Origin: Candidatus Heimdallarchaeota archaeon B3_Heim
GTDB taxonomy: Archaea > Asgardarchaeota > Heimdallarchaeia > Hodarchaeales > Hodarchaeaceae
NCBI GenBank assembly: GCA_003144275.1
Contig: NJBF01000027.1
Span: 30,001-62,000 of the forward strand
DNA: 32,000 nt
Reading direction: 5' to 3'
Shown: positions 10,293 to 19,063 of the stretch, one piece after another
Layout of the letters: each line of letters starts with the position of its first letter
Numbering within the stretch: the first letter of the stretch is position 1
Translations under genes and position numbers: made by a program
The notes under the pieces: generated by a model
Seen by the model: only the letters and a program-made list of their open reading frames with translations
Database searches by the model: none
What the model was told of the DNA's origin: nothing

Positions 10293-10996
10293 TGGGTGCT
10301 GTAAAAATTATGGGTACCTTAATACCTCGGCTAAAGGAATATGAAAAATCACTCCTTTCCGAATTTTCACAGGAAATTCTTGGTAATAAGACCCCCATAA
10401 TCGCGATTGGAGGATTTTCAGGTACTGGAAAAGATACTGTCGCATCAATTGTCCAGAAATACTTTGAAACTCGTCATCATCTTTCCCTAAAATTAATTCA
10501 TGCAGGAGAATTTGTTAGAAAAATAGCTGTTAAATCAGGGTGGGATGAGAAGAATATGGATGAATTTATGGAGCATATTAAAAATACGCAAGATAATGAG
10601 TTTGCAGAAAAGGTAGATTTAGAGATCGAAAAACATGCATTGAAAACCGCTCTTCTAGAAGGCGGGATTTTTGTAGGAAGAATGGCTCCATTTACCATTG
10701 GAACTCATGGTACGACAATTTGGTTGGAAGTAGCGGCACAAGTAATTGCACAACGAATAGCCAATGATCCTACCCGTTCTGAATACCATATGAATGAAGA
10801 GGAGTTAATTAAGAAAATCCAATCACGTGATCAGACTGATGGAGATCGATTGGAAAGAATATATCACGTATCGTTCCGTGATAAAAAATATTTCGACCTA
10901 ACTTTGAGAAATGAATCGTATTCACTTGTAGAGCTAGAGGGGATGATCATAAAACTACTTGAGGAAAAATTTTCTACTAATAATAGCGAGGATTAG
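10292..10996 (+). CDS. cmk: Archaeal-type cytidylate kinase-like nucleotide kinase
   Basis: P-loop IAIGGFSGTGKDT, AGEFVRKIA, VGRMA, IWLEV...RIA, RD..D..R...IY, FDL pattern; start could be ATG 10310. Confidence 0.65.
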   Translation: MGAVKIMGTLIPRLKEYEKSLLSEFSQEILGNKTPIIAIGGFSGTGKDTVASIVQKYFETRHHLSLKLIHAGEFVRKIAVKSGWDEKNMDEFMEHIKNTQDNEFAEKVDLEIEKHALKTALLEGGIFVGRMAPFTIGTHGTTIWLEVAAQVIAQRIANDPTRSEYHMNEEELIKKIQSRDQTDGDRLERIYHVSFRDKKYFDLTLRNESYSLVELEGMIIKLLEEKFSTNNSED

Positions 10997-10999
10997 AAA

Positions 11000-11509
11000 A
11001 TGGAGCTTGAAAACCTTTCTAAAGATGACCTAATAAAAATTATAGACATGTATGCTAAAAATTGGTTAGCGCATGATGGATGCTGGTTTTTAGCAGCAGA
11101 AAAAAGACACGGACTAGAGGAAGCTATTCAAATTGACAAAGAAGGATGGAAAAATTTCACGGTTGTTGAAGCAAAACGTATTATGAAAATGTTCAATATA
11201 CCAGAAGGATCTGGGTTGGATGCATTAGAAAAAGCACTATCATTACGTCTATATGCAACAATCAATATTCAAGAAATCGACAGAGTCTCACCCACTAAAT
11301 TGATTTTCAAAATGAAAACATGTCGAGTTCAAGCTGCTCGCGAAAGAAAGAATTTACCTCATTTTCCATGTAAAGAAGTTGGTTTAGTAGAATATGCTGG
11401 TTTTGCAAAAACTATCGATTCACGGATTCAAACTAAAGTTATTGCTTGCCCACCAGATGAACTAGAAAGAGATTTTCATTGCGGTTGGGAGTTTTCAACC
11501 CCAGAATAA
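11000..11509 (+). CDS. DUF6125-like protein
   Basis: WLAHDGCWFLAAEKRHG..A..ID...W...EAKRI, CRVQAARERK, PCKEVG..EY..FA, CPPD, CGWEF. Confidence 0.75.
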   Translation: MELENLSKDDLIKIIDMYAKNWLAHDGCWFLAAEKRHGLEEAIQIDKEGWKNFTVVEAKRIMKMFNIPEGSGLDALEKALSLRLYATINIQEIDRVSPTKLIFKMKTCRVQAARERKNLPHFPCKEVGLVEYAGFAKTIDSRIQTKVIACPPDELERDFHCGWEFSTPE

Positions 11510-11567
11510 CACAGAAATCAACGAAATTTTTTATCAGGGTTTAATTATAATAGGAATTTAAGTAGGT

Positions 11568-11903
11568 TTATTCAGACCAAACCCAATTACACTTAACACA
11601 TTGGTAATAGGTGGTTGTTTCCCATTCTTCCTTTTTTCGATCTTCAGCTTCCCAATAACGAGCTTCAGTATGATTACATTTTGGACAAATAACACGAGCT
11701 GTCGGCCGGACATCAAACTCGTCTTCAATCACAGTTAGTCGATCTTTCTCGGTATGATCAATTTTCGATTTTATCTGGTATGATTGGTTCTTAAATTCTT
11801 CTTTGGATTCTTCCTTGCATACTTTACAGTACAGAGAGATTGAACCGTCATCTTTTCTATTTGGCTGAAGTAAGGCACCACAATTTTCGCAAAAATTAAC
11901 CAT
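11568..11903 (-). CDS. Transcription factor S / RpoM-family zinc-ribbon protein with a non-canonical hairpin
   Basis: N-terminal FCENCGALL...CKVC and C-terminal CPKC...CVKC zinc ribbons; QTRSADE motif replaced by EDRKKEE. Confidence 0.85.
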   Translation of the reverse strand: MVNFCENCGALLQPNRKDDGSISLYCKVCKEESKEEFKNQSYQIKSKIDHTEKDRLTVIEDEFDVRPTARVICPKCNHTEARYWEAEDRKKEEWETTTYYQCVKCNWVWSE

Positions 11904-12067
11904 AAGAATCACTCATTCGAAGGAATGTTTAGTATCCACCTTTTATTAGGTTTCTAAGCATCGAAGACTGATTTAAGATGAGATTTTCTAAGTATTATCA
12001 TTCTCCCCTTTTTAAAGCTATAGTAACAAACTATCAATGATGAGGATGGGGCCGATGAGAAACATCA

Positions 12068-13120
12068 TCAAATTGCATCTGTTACTTCGGATAAAGTGAA
12101 TATACATTTTGTACCTTTTCCCCCAGCACAGAGTGGATCCTCTTCCATTTGAAATTGTTTGTTAAGGACTTCAGAAGCATAACCACTCCACATCTGTCCT
12201 AAAAAGCGACAAAAAGACAAATTTGACCCTCTTTCTCCCAGACCACAAATTTCAACCGAGCCATAGAATAATAACTCATCTAATTCCTCTATTGGGAGTA
12301 GACCAATTCCTTTAAGCAATTGATGATTCTTCAATTCGGGGAATTCTAGGCGTATATTTCTTACCATTATCTCGCCTATTTGATGTGCATACTCACTTAA
12401 TTTTTCAGAATTATCAATATTGATATAGAAAAGCTCAAGAATCTTCAATGGTTTATCTGCTATGTCTTTTCTTTCCAATAAAGATGGTAAATTTTCACCG
12501 ACAACTATTCTTGTCGCCTCAATTAAAAACCTAGCAGCATCCTGTGCTCGGATTCCAGTGCCTAGAATAGGTTCCAGAAGAACTGTAATTGACAATGAAA
12601 CTCCTGGAATTTCCTCTTCTGTACCAATTACCTCTGCAAATACGTCTTCTGCAGCACGAAATTGTATTTCATACGTAAAACGAGGAGATATTGTCTCTGA
12701 ATTCGTAAACGATGCTTGTACATTAGTGCCCATAAATGCATATCCTAAACCTTTCACAACAATAAGCAAGAGCCTTTTTACAAGCTTTTCCTCCTTTTCA
12801 GAGGAGGAACGCCATATTCTTCCCTTTCCAAGATGGATCGTTCCAATTCGGGTATCCTCCTTCCAATCGATTTCACAGGGAGAAAAACCCAGAGAGGCAA
12901 GAAACAATTTTGCTTGAGCTGTAGGGTTATCACCAGCTGAAAGAGTGAAAGTTTCCCTCACAAGAGGAAGAATGATTGCTTCTAGTGCTTTTTCTCTTTC
13001 AGTTTTTTCAATTTGCTCTAAAAGCTCCTTAGCTATGTTCAATACTGATAAACCTAAGAATCTTTTTACCCGTACTCCGACAATCCCTTCTGAAAATCCA
13101 GTAGTCTGTTTCTCAGTCAA
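12068..13120 (-). CDS. V4R-domain-containing protein
   Basis: C-terminal C...CRFLGQMWSGYASEVL....EEDPLCAGGKGTKCIFTL is the V4R Cys pattern; the N-terminal half looks like a second, Cys-less alpha/beta unit. Confidence 0.65.
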   Translation of the reverse strand: MTEKQTTGFSEGIVGVRVKRFLGLSVLNIAKELLEQIEKTEREKALEAIILPLVRETFTLSAGDNPTAQAKLFLASLGFSPCEIDWKEDTRIGTIHLGKGRIWRSSSEKEEKLVKRLLLIVVKGLGYAFMGTNVQASFTNSETISPRFTYEIQFRAAEDVFAEVIGTEEEIPGVSLSITVLLEPILGTGIRAQDAARFLIEATRIVVGENLPSLLERKDIADKPLKILELFYINIDNSEKLSEYAHQIGEIMVRNIRLEFPELKNHQLLKGIGLLPIEELDELLFYGSVEICGLGERGSNLSFCRFLGQMWSGYASEVLNKQFQMEEDPLCAGGKGTKCIFTLSEVTDAI

Positions 13121-13284
13121 TTCTTTGACCTTCTTCTAAAATATTAACATTAAATGGAAGAATTTTTCTCTTCAAATAACAAGATTTATCAATTATATGA
13201 ATAATGTAAACAATAAGAAGCAAAAAGGCCTTAAAAAGGATTGGATTAGAAGGACTCAGTTACTAATTTTTTAATTTTGGATGA

Positions 13285-13653
13285 GTGTTAGACAAAATGA
13301 ACCGATTTGTGCGCTTTTTCCGTAGGATCTTCACACCACCAAAATTATCCCATAATGCTTCCCGAGTAGCACAGAAACGCATGGAAATTGCTTCAAAAAT
13401 TAGTGATGACGAAATCTATGTGCAAACGGTTCGTAATGCTCTTCGTGTCCCAGAGGCAACTGTAACAGATAAATTGACATTTGCCTTTTCCTCTCTACCA
13501 GAAGCCCCAACTAACTTCCCAAATGCAAAAAATCTTTTTTTTGATATATTAGAATTTCTCGAAATAAACGAAGAAATAACCTCTACAGATGTGCAGCTTT
13601 TCAAAGAAACACTTGAGCATGTGAACTCTTTTGAAGAATTAATGACAGGATAA
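13285..13653 (+). CDS. Hypothetical protein
   Basis: 122 aa ORF filling the gap between the V4R and GTPase genes; alternative ATG at 13297. Confidence 0.55.
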   Translation: MLDKMNRFVRFFRRIFTPPKLSHNASRVAQKRMEIASKISDDEIYVQTVRNALRVPEATVTDKLTFAFSSLPEAPTNFPNAKNLFFDILEFLEINEEITSTDVQLFKETLEHVNSFEELMTG

Positions 13654-13705
13654 ACTTAGAACTTATCCTATAATATCGTCTGTTTGTGCTTACGCAGAAC
13701 TCACA

Positions 13706-14242
13706 CTATCGATTTAGCTCAATAATGGAAATTGCCATGTGCTCAAATGTTTCTTGAATATGATCCCCAGTTTTTGCCGAAGTTTCAAAAAAATGTGCGA
13801 CCTTGTAAGCAGTCTGTGCTTTTTGCCCTTCTGATGTTGAAATTTGCCGTTCATCAATTAAATCATTCTTATTTCCTACTAAATACAATGTTGCAATTGG
13901 AGAATATTTCCTGAGCTGTTCTTGCCAGAGTGGTATCTTTTCTAATGTATCTGGACGAGTAATGTCATAAACTAGCAGGGCACCAGTTACCCCTTGAAAA
14001 AAGACACGTCCAACTTGAGTGGATCTCGTATGGCCCCCCAAATCCCAGATTTGTAGCCCAACCCTAACATCTTTTCCGTCTAAAGTTAAATTCACAGATT
14101 TTACAAGAAAGTTTGCACCAATGGTAGCCATATAATCGCCTGGAAAACGGTCTTCCACATAACGGAGCACCATGGAAGATTTTCCGACACGAAACTCACC
14201 AAGAAGTAATATCTTGGCGAGAAAGTTGAAGTTTAACGACAT
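13706..14242 (-). CDS. Rab-like small GTPase (atypical G3 box)
   Basis: G1 GEFRVGKS, G2 TIG, G3 WDLGGH, G4 GNKND, G5 ETSAK; no C-terminal prenylation motif. Confidence 0.92.
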   Translation of the reverse strand: MSLNFNFLAKILLLGEFRVGKSSMVLRYVEDRFPGDYMATIGANFLVKSVNLTLDGKDVRVGLQIWDLGGHTRSTQVGRVFFQGVTGALLVYDITRPDTLEKIPLWQEQLRKYSPIATLYLVGNKNDLIDERQISTSEGQKAQTAYKVAHFFETSAKTGDHIQETFEHMAISIIELNR

Positions 14243-14435
14243 ATTGGTTCAAATCTGGAGCACAAAGGTGATTGAATATTACACGTATTCTGTGATATAG
14301 AAGTAAAAAAAGGTTTTCACATTGTCTTAAGAAAAGCTTTGTTTTGTCACCTTTTGGCGAAGATAAATAGAAACAATGATGATAAACGTTTCAGAAAACT
14401 CTAAATGATGTTCATAAAATCGATACACGATTTTG

Positions 14436-14726
14436 ATGAGACAATTTTTTAGAAATTTTGGGAATATAAGAAAGATGATACGAAGAGGGAACCCTTCTCA
14501 AAGTGTTATTCGCGTCTGTCCAATTTGTCTGAAGAGTACATTATCAATACAACCTAGTTTTTTGACGTTTATTGTACCTCCTAACTACTCCTGCTCAAAC
14601 TGTGACTACAAAGGGCCTATATTTGCAGAAGTCCCTGTTGAAGATTATATTCAGCTACTTAACGAAAAAGAAGAGAATATTGAGCAAATGCACGTAAATA
14701 TGGACATTATAGAAGATGACGAATAG
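14436..14726 (+). CDS. Small zinc-ribbon protein
   Basis: CPIC...YSCSNCDYKGP motif with acidic tail; stop overlaps the M20 start. Confidence 0.7.
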   Translation: MRQFFRNFGNIRKMIRRGNPSQSVIRVCPICLKSTLSIQPSFLTFIVPPNYSCSNCDYKGPIFAEVPVEDYIQLLNEKEENIEQMHVNMDIIEDDE

Positions 14727-15849
14727 TTTATCAATTGTAAAGAATTTAATTCGGATAAATACTGAAAATCCACCCGGAATAACTACTGAAATTATTAATT
14801 GGATTGAACAATGGGCGAAAACCGAGAAAATTCCTGCAAAAGTCCAATGGTATGAGAACAAAAAAGGAAATATTCAATTAAAAGTCGGTGATGCCGATAA
14901 AACCATACTTATTTGCGGACATCTAGATACTGTTCCAATTGGTGATATCTATAATTGGAACCATGATCCAGTTGGTGGAGTAGAGATAGATGATCATATT
15001 TATGGAAGAGGATCCGCTGATATGAAATCAGGGGTGGCTGTTGCTCTTAGTACTCTTAAAAGAATTAATAGGGAGTTTAAACCCTCAGAAATGCAGTATA
15101 GCATCACTTTCTTGGGGACTAGTGATGAAGAAGTAGGATTGGGAGGAGTTAAGGCCTCATTAGAACTGGGTTTATTAGATAAAACGGAGTTTCTTATCAT
15201 CCCTGAACCGACTGGTTTGAAAGTTGGTATTGCAGAAAAGGGGGTTCTTTGGTTATCAATAATTGCTTCAGGTAAAACTGCTCATGGTTCAACCCCTGAA
15301 AAAGGAATAAATGCGATTGAAGAAATTGTAAAACTGTTTCCCATCCTTCATTCATCGGTACCTAATCATGTAGATGACATTCTTGGGAAGAGTACACTCA
15401 ATATCGGAGTTATTCAGGGTGGGAATATCGCTAATGTGGTTCCAGAACGAGCTGAGGTTCAGTGTGATTTTCGACTTGTTCCCCCCATTCAACCAGCGGA
15501 TTTTAGCAATAAGTTAACTCAAAAAATTGCAGATTTTGCCCTTGAAAGCCCAGCAAAGTTTGAATGTCAAGTTAAGCAGACTATGCCAGTAATAAAATCC
15601 TCTGAGGATAACTATTTTGTTAAGAAATTTCTAGAAAAATCTGGAACTCAACAACTTTCAGGGTTAAATTACGCAACAGATGGAGCAGTCTTAGTATCTA
15701 ATGCTCCAAAGGAGCTTCCTTTTGTCCTTTATGGTCCTGGAAATCCCAAAAAAATTCATGTATCTGATGAACGCGTTAGTATCCAAGAAATACACGCTGC
15801 TGAACAAACTTTCATGGATTTCCTAACCGAAGTGTGTTTCTCAAGATAG
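14716..15849 (+). CDS. M20 family metallopeptidase/deacylase (ArgE/DapE-like)
   Basis: GHLDTVP, GRGSADMKSG, DEE, EPT, AHGSTPEKGINAI, ATDG, GPG...IH..DE. Confidence 0.9.
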   Translation: MTNSLSIVKNLIRINTENPPGITTEIINWIEQWAKTEKIPAKVQWYENKKGNIQLKVGDADKTILICGHLDTVPIGDIYNWNHDPVGGVEIDDHIYGRGSADMKSGVAVALSTLKRINREFKPSEMQYSITFLGTSDEEVGLGGVKASLELGLLDKTEFLIIPEPTGLKVGIAEKGVLWLSIIASGKTAHGSTPEKGINAIEEIVKLFPILHSSVPNHVDDILGKSTLNIGVIQGGNIANVVPERAEVQCDFRLVPPIQPADFSNKLTQKIADFALESPAKFECQVKQTMPVIKSSEDNYFVKKFLEKSGTQQLSGLNYATDGAVLVSNAPKELPFVLYGPGNPKKIHVSDERVSIQEIHAAEQTFMDFLTEVCFSR

Positions 15850-15886
15850 AAGAAAAATGATTATCATAAGTATTAGGAAGAATTTT

Positions 15887-16318
15887 TCATGCAAGATTGA
15901 TAATGAATTGTTCTTGTTCATCAGTTTCAATTGCTAAAGGATTAACATTGCGTACTCTACGAATTGCTTCTTTAGATTCTACTTGATCAAGTATTTTAAT
16001 CAACGATGCCAGAATAGTGCCAGTTCGGCCATAACCCGCTGTGCAATGTATAAGTACAGGAAAATTTGGCTTTAATTTTTGTTGTTGTGCCAAAAATTTC
16101 ATTATCTCTGGAATGTCGTCAGAAGAGGGAATACCATAATCAATGATTGGTCTATGTAAGTATGCAACATCTAGTAATTGTGATAATTCCTCAGATGTAC
16201 TGTCTTCTTGTAAGCAGATAATTCCTGCTAAATCTATACTTTTAAGAAATGGAAGGTCAGATATTTGTGGTTGACTTGCTCCACCAAATCTTTCTTTATC
16301 TATCCAGTAGAGAATCAA
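15887..16318 (-). CDS. Protein-tyrosine/dual-specificity phosphatase
   Basis: Catalytic loop IHCTAGYGRTGT, PIIDYGIP acid loop, IET.EQ..F. Confidence 0.9.
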   Translation of the reverse strand: MILYWIDKERFGGASQPQISDLPFLKSIDLAGIICLQEDSTSEELSQLLDVAYLHRPIIDYGIPSSDDIPEIMKFLAQQQKLKPNFPVLIHCTAGYGRTGTILASLIKILDQVESKEAIRRVRNVNPLAIETDEQEQFIINLA

Positions 16319-16320
16319 TT

Positions 16321-17004
16321 TTAAAACCTTAAATCTTTCAGTAATATAAAACGGACTTGATTCGATTCCAAATCCGTTAATACTTTAGTAAGAACAGATT
16401 CCTCTGTATAAACAGGTTTTGTCAAATCAAGAATAACATAGACATCAAAATCCAGTATTCTTGCATCGAGAGCAGTGTATTTAACACAATAATCCAAAGC
16501 CAACCCGCAAATGAAAACATTGGTAATACTAAATGCCTTCAGATACTCATTTAATCCTGTTTTTGTTTTTTTATCGTTTTCTAGAAAGGCAGAATAGGAA
16601 TCAAGACTCTTGTGATACCCTTTTCTAAGAATAATATTGGCCAATTTCTGATCAAGATTTGGTGCGAATTCAGCTCCCTTAGACCCTTGTACACAATGAT
16701 CTGGCCAGAGAACTGGGCCCAATCCAGGACCAGAATATTCATCAAACGGATTTTTTCCAGTATGAGCACTAGCAAATGAAAGGTGACCAGGTGGATGCCA
16801 ATCTTGTGTAAAAACAATCTGATTATTTTGAGAAAAAAAGGTTCCTAAGTCATTGATTCCAGGAATTATTGTATCTCCATCCGTCACAGCAAGGCTCCCT
16901 CCAGGTAAAAAATCATTTTGCATGTCAATAACTAATAATCCGTCAGAATCAGTTATTTTTATCGGAGAGCTTAAGTTCACGTTGATCTGCATATTTTTCC
17001 TCAT
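16321..17004 (-). CDS. pncA: Nicotinamidase/pyrazinamidase
   Basis: VIDMQNDFLPGGSLAV, TQDWHP.GH.SF, WPDHCVQG, RKG...DSYSAF, GLALDYCV. Confidence 0.93.
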   Translation of the reverse strand: MRKNMQINVNLSSPIKITDSDGLLVIDMQNDFLPGGSLAVTDGDTIIPGINDLGTFFSQNNQIVFTQDWHPPGHLSFASAHTGKNPFDEYSGPGLGPVLWPDHCVQGSKGAEFAPNLDQKLANIILRKGYHKSLDSYSAFLENDKKTKTGLNEYLKAFSITNVFICGLALDYCVKYTALDARILDFDVYVILDLTKPVYTEESVLTKVLTDLESNQVRFILLKDLRF

Positions 17005-17055
17005 CCACTTGATCGTGATATACTTATCCGTCTCGGATTGATATAAATTCTGTAC

Positions 17056-18255
17056 CTATTTTCTTAACACATCGAGTTGCTCTCGAATATAAGCTCTTAT
17101 TTCTTCAACAGATGGTTTCTCACGAATTCTTTTCCCTTTCTCAATTTGTTTGCTTAATAATGGTTTCATTGTAATCTTACAGTTCTTACAGAGCACATCC
17201 TCGTTTTTCCACTTCAGTACTTTTATTTTTAGACATTTTTCGCACCTTAGAACATTCTTTCTCCCAGAAAATTTCCCTCGTTTTGCTACAGGTTTCCACT
17301 CTCCATTCTCATCAGCTAATGCAACAATGTCCAAGGCAAAATCAATTGGTGGAGCAGCACTAATTTCACTTCCAATACCGAATCCATCAACGAGATCTAC
17401 ATACTCAAAAACATCTTCTTCACCTAGGCCACCTGAGATATATAATTTTACATCATAAAAACCTCGGTGATCCAGCTCCCACCTTACCTCTTGAATAATA
17501 CTTTTGAAATTTCCCCTACGGGAGGAAGGAGTATCCAATCTAACTCCTGCTAAATTTGGAATTGCTTCTGCTGCCAGAATAGCTTCAATTTTTTCGTCAT
17601 AATATGTGTCGATTAAGGCAATTCTAGGAACATTACTTGATACATGAGTATCAAATGCTTTCCAAGCAGTTACTTGATCTTGAAAGAGAATGATGAGAGA
17701 ATGAGGAATCGTACCTGTAGGTGATATTCCTAACTTTTCAGCTCCTAGGATACAACTGATTCCATCACAACCTCCAATGTAGGCGCAATATGATACGACT
17801 GGAGTAATGGCAGGATGAGCTCTGCGAGCTCCGAAACTTAGAACTGATTTATCCTTAGCTGCTAATCGTATTCGAGCAGTTTTTGTGGTCATACCACTCT
17901 TAGAGCAAACGAAACCGAGTAGAGGCGTTTCAAATTTACCAAAACTAAGATATTTTCCAATAATCACAATTGTAGGAATTTTTACTCCATTTTCATCTTC
18001 TTTTTGAAAAATAGATCCCTCAGGCATCGTATAAACGTCAATATCCAGACCAACCAACAGATCAAGAATATCTTCTATACCTGCTAGGACTCCCCAGTTA
18101 GATCCTTTTATTGAAGAGGCAGTTACCTCAACAACTACCATTTGATCACGTGATGCCTTTTTCAATACCTCTTCAGTCCGTAAGAAATAAACATCAGTTG
18201 TCTTGGCATTCTTTATCTCGGCCTCAGTAGCTAAAAAAAATGAATTCTCGCCCAA
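17056..18255 (-). CDS. pncB: Nicotinate phosphoribosyltransferase
   Basis: TDVYFLRT, FGKFETPLLG, SFGARRAHP, GTIPHSLI, LIDTY, GVRLDTPSSRRG, SGG, DGFGIG, KRGKFSGRK; adjacent to pncA. Confidence 0.9.
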   Translation of the reverse strand: MGENSFFLATEAEIKNAKTTDVYFLRTEEVLKKASRDQMVVVEVTASSIKGSNWGVLAGIEDILDLLVGLDIDVYTMPEGSIFQKEDENGVKIPTIVIIGKYLSFGKFETPLLGFVCSKSGMTTKTARIRLAAKDKSVLSFGARRAHPAITPVVSYCAYIGGCDGISCILGAEKLGISPTGTIPHSLIILFQDQVTAWKAFDTHVSSNVPRIALIDTYYDEKIEAILAAEAIPNLAGVRLDTPSSRRGNFKSIIQEVRWELDHRGFYDVKLYISGGLGEEDVFEYVDLVDGFGIGSEISAAPPIDFALDIVALADENGEWKPVAKRGKFSGRKNVLRCEKCLKIKVLKWKNEDVLCKNCKITMKPLLSKQIEKGKRIREKPSVEEIRAYIREQLDVLRK

Positions 18256-18473
18256 TTATTCTCACCGTTAAATGCTAATGGATTTGTTATAATACGCTTA
18301 TAAGCTAGTTCTTTAATCATTAATCTGTTTACTTAGCGTGTAAGATGAACATATTTTTGCGTAAACACATATAAATTATATTACGAAAATCTACTTCAAG
18401 GATTCTTTCTCGCAAAATGTATTAAAACCCAGAATGAGCTACCTAAAACAAACAAATCATAATCAAATTACTA

Positions 18474-18481
18474 TTATATAA
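18474..18481 (+). promoter_or_regulatory. Candidate archaeal TATA box for the small GTPase gene
   Basis: TTATATAA ending 27 nt upstream of the GTG at 18508; positional inference only. Confidence 0.35.
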
Positions 18482-18507
18482 AAATCATTCCTAAAAGAGG
18501 GTAAAAT

Positions 18508-19050
18508 GTGCCATTATATAAAATATGTCTGTTAGGAGACGGAGGAGTCGGAAAAACGTCACTTCGCGAGCGATTTTTGGGAAAAGGGTTCCAAAGTGGC
18601 TATATTTTAACAATAGGAGCTGATTTTGCTGTTCAAAATCTTACTATTAGAGATATTCAGTACAAATTCCAAATCTGGGATTTAGCAGGACAACAGCGGT
18701 TCTCTGCAGTACGGGCGTTGTATTATAAAGGCTCACATGGAGCGATTTTAGTTTTTGATCAGACCCGTCTAGACTCGCTTTATAGCTTAGATAATTGGAA
18801 ACAGGAACTTTACACTAATGTTGGTCGAGAAATTCCCTTCGTCATTTTAGGCAATAAAAGCGATCTGCCTGGTGCAATAGATCAAGAACAAATTGATCGA
18901 TTCGTTAAAAAAGCTCACTCAGAAACTCAAGATATCCCTTTTAACCTCAAATATTTAAAAACATCAGCCAAATCTGGTTTAAATGTAACAGAAGCATTTG
19001 AGCAATTGGCTATCATCATTGGAGAATATATTGAGGAATACAAAAAGTGA
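18508..19050 (+). CDS. Rab-like small GTPase
   Basis: GDGGVGKTS, TIGADF, WDLAGQQRF, YYKG, GNKSDL, TSAKSG; no CaaX/CC tail. Confidence 0.95.
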   Translation: MPLYKICLLGDGGVGKTSLRERFLGKGFQSGYILTIGADFAVQNLTIRDIQYKFQIWDLAGQQRFSAVRALYYKGSHGAILVFDQTRLDSLYSLDNWKQELYTNVGREIPFVILGNKSDLPGAIDQEQIDRFVKKAHSETQDIPFNLKYLKTSAKSGLNVTEAFEQLAIIIGEYIEEYKK

Positions 19051-19063
19051 AATATCTAATCTT

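Noticed and set aside
12462-12917. 151-aa plus-strand ORF (representative of the other antisense ORFs at 1040, 1334, 1776, 4912, 4994, 6700, 9908, 17150, 31163 and similar)
   Set aside because: Shadow frames of genes with stronger motif or length support on the opposite strand
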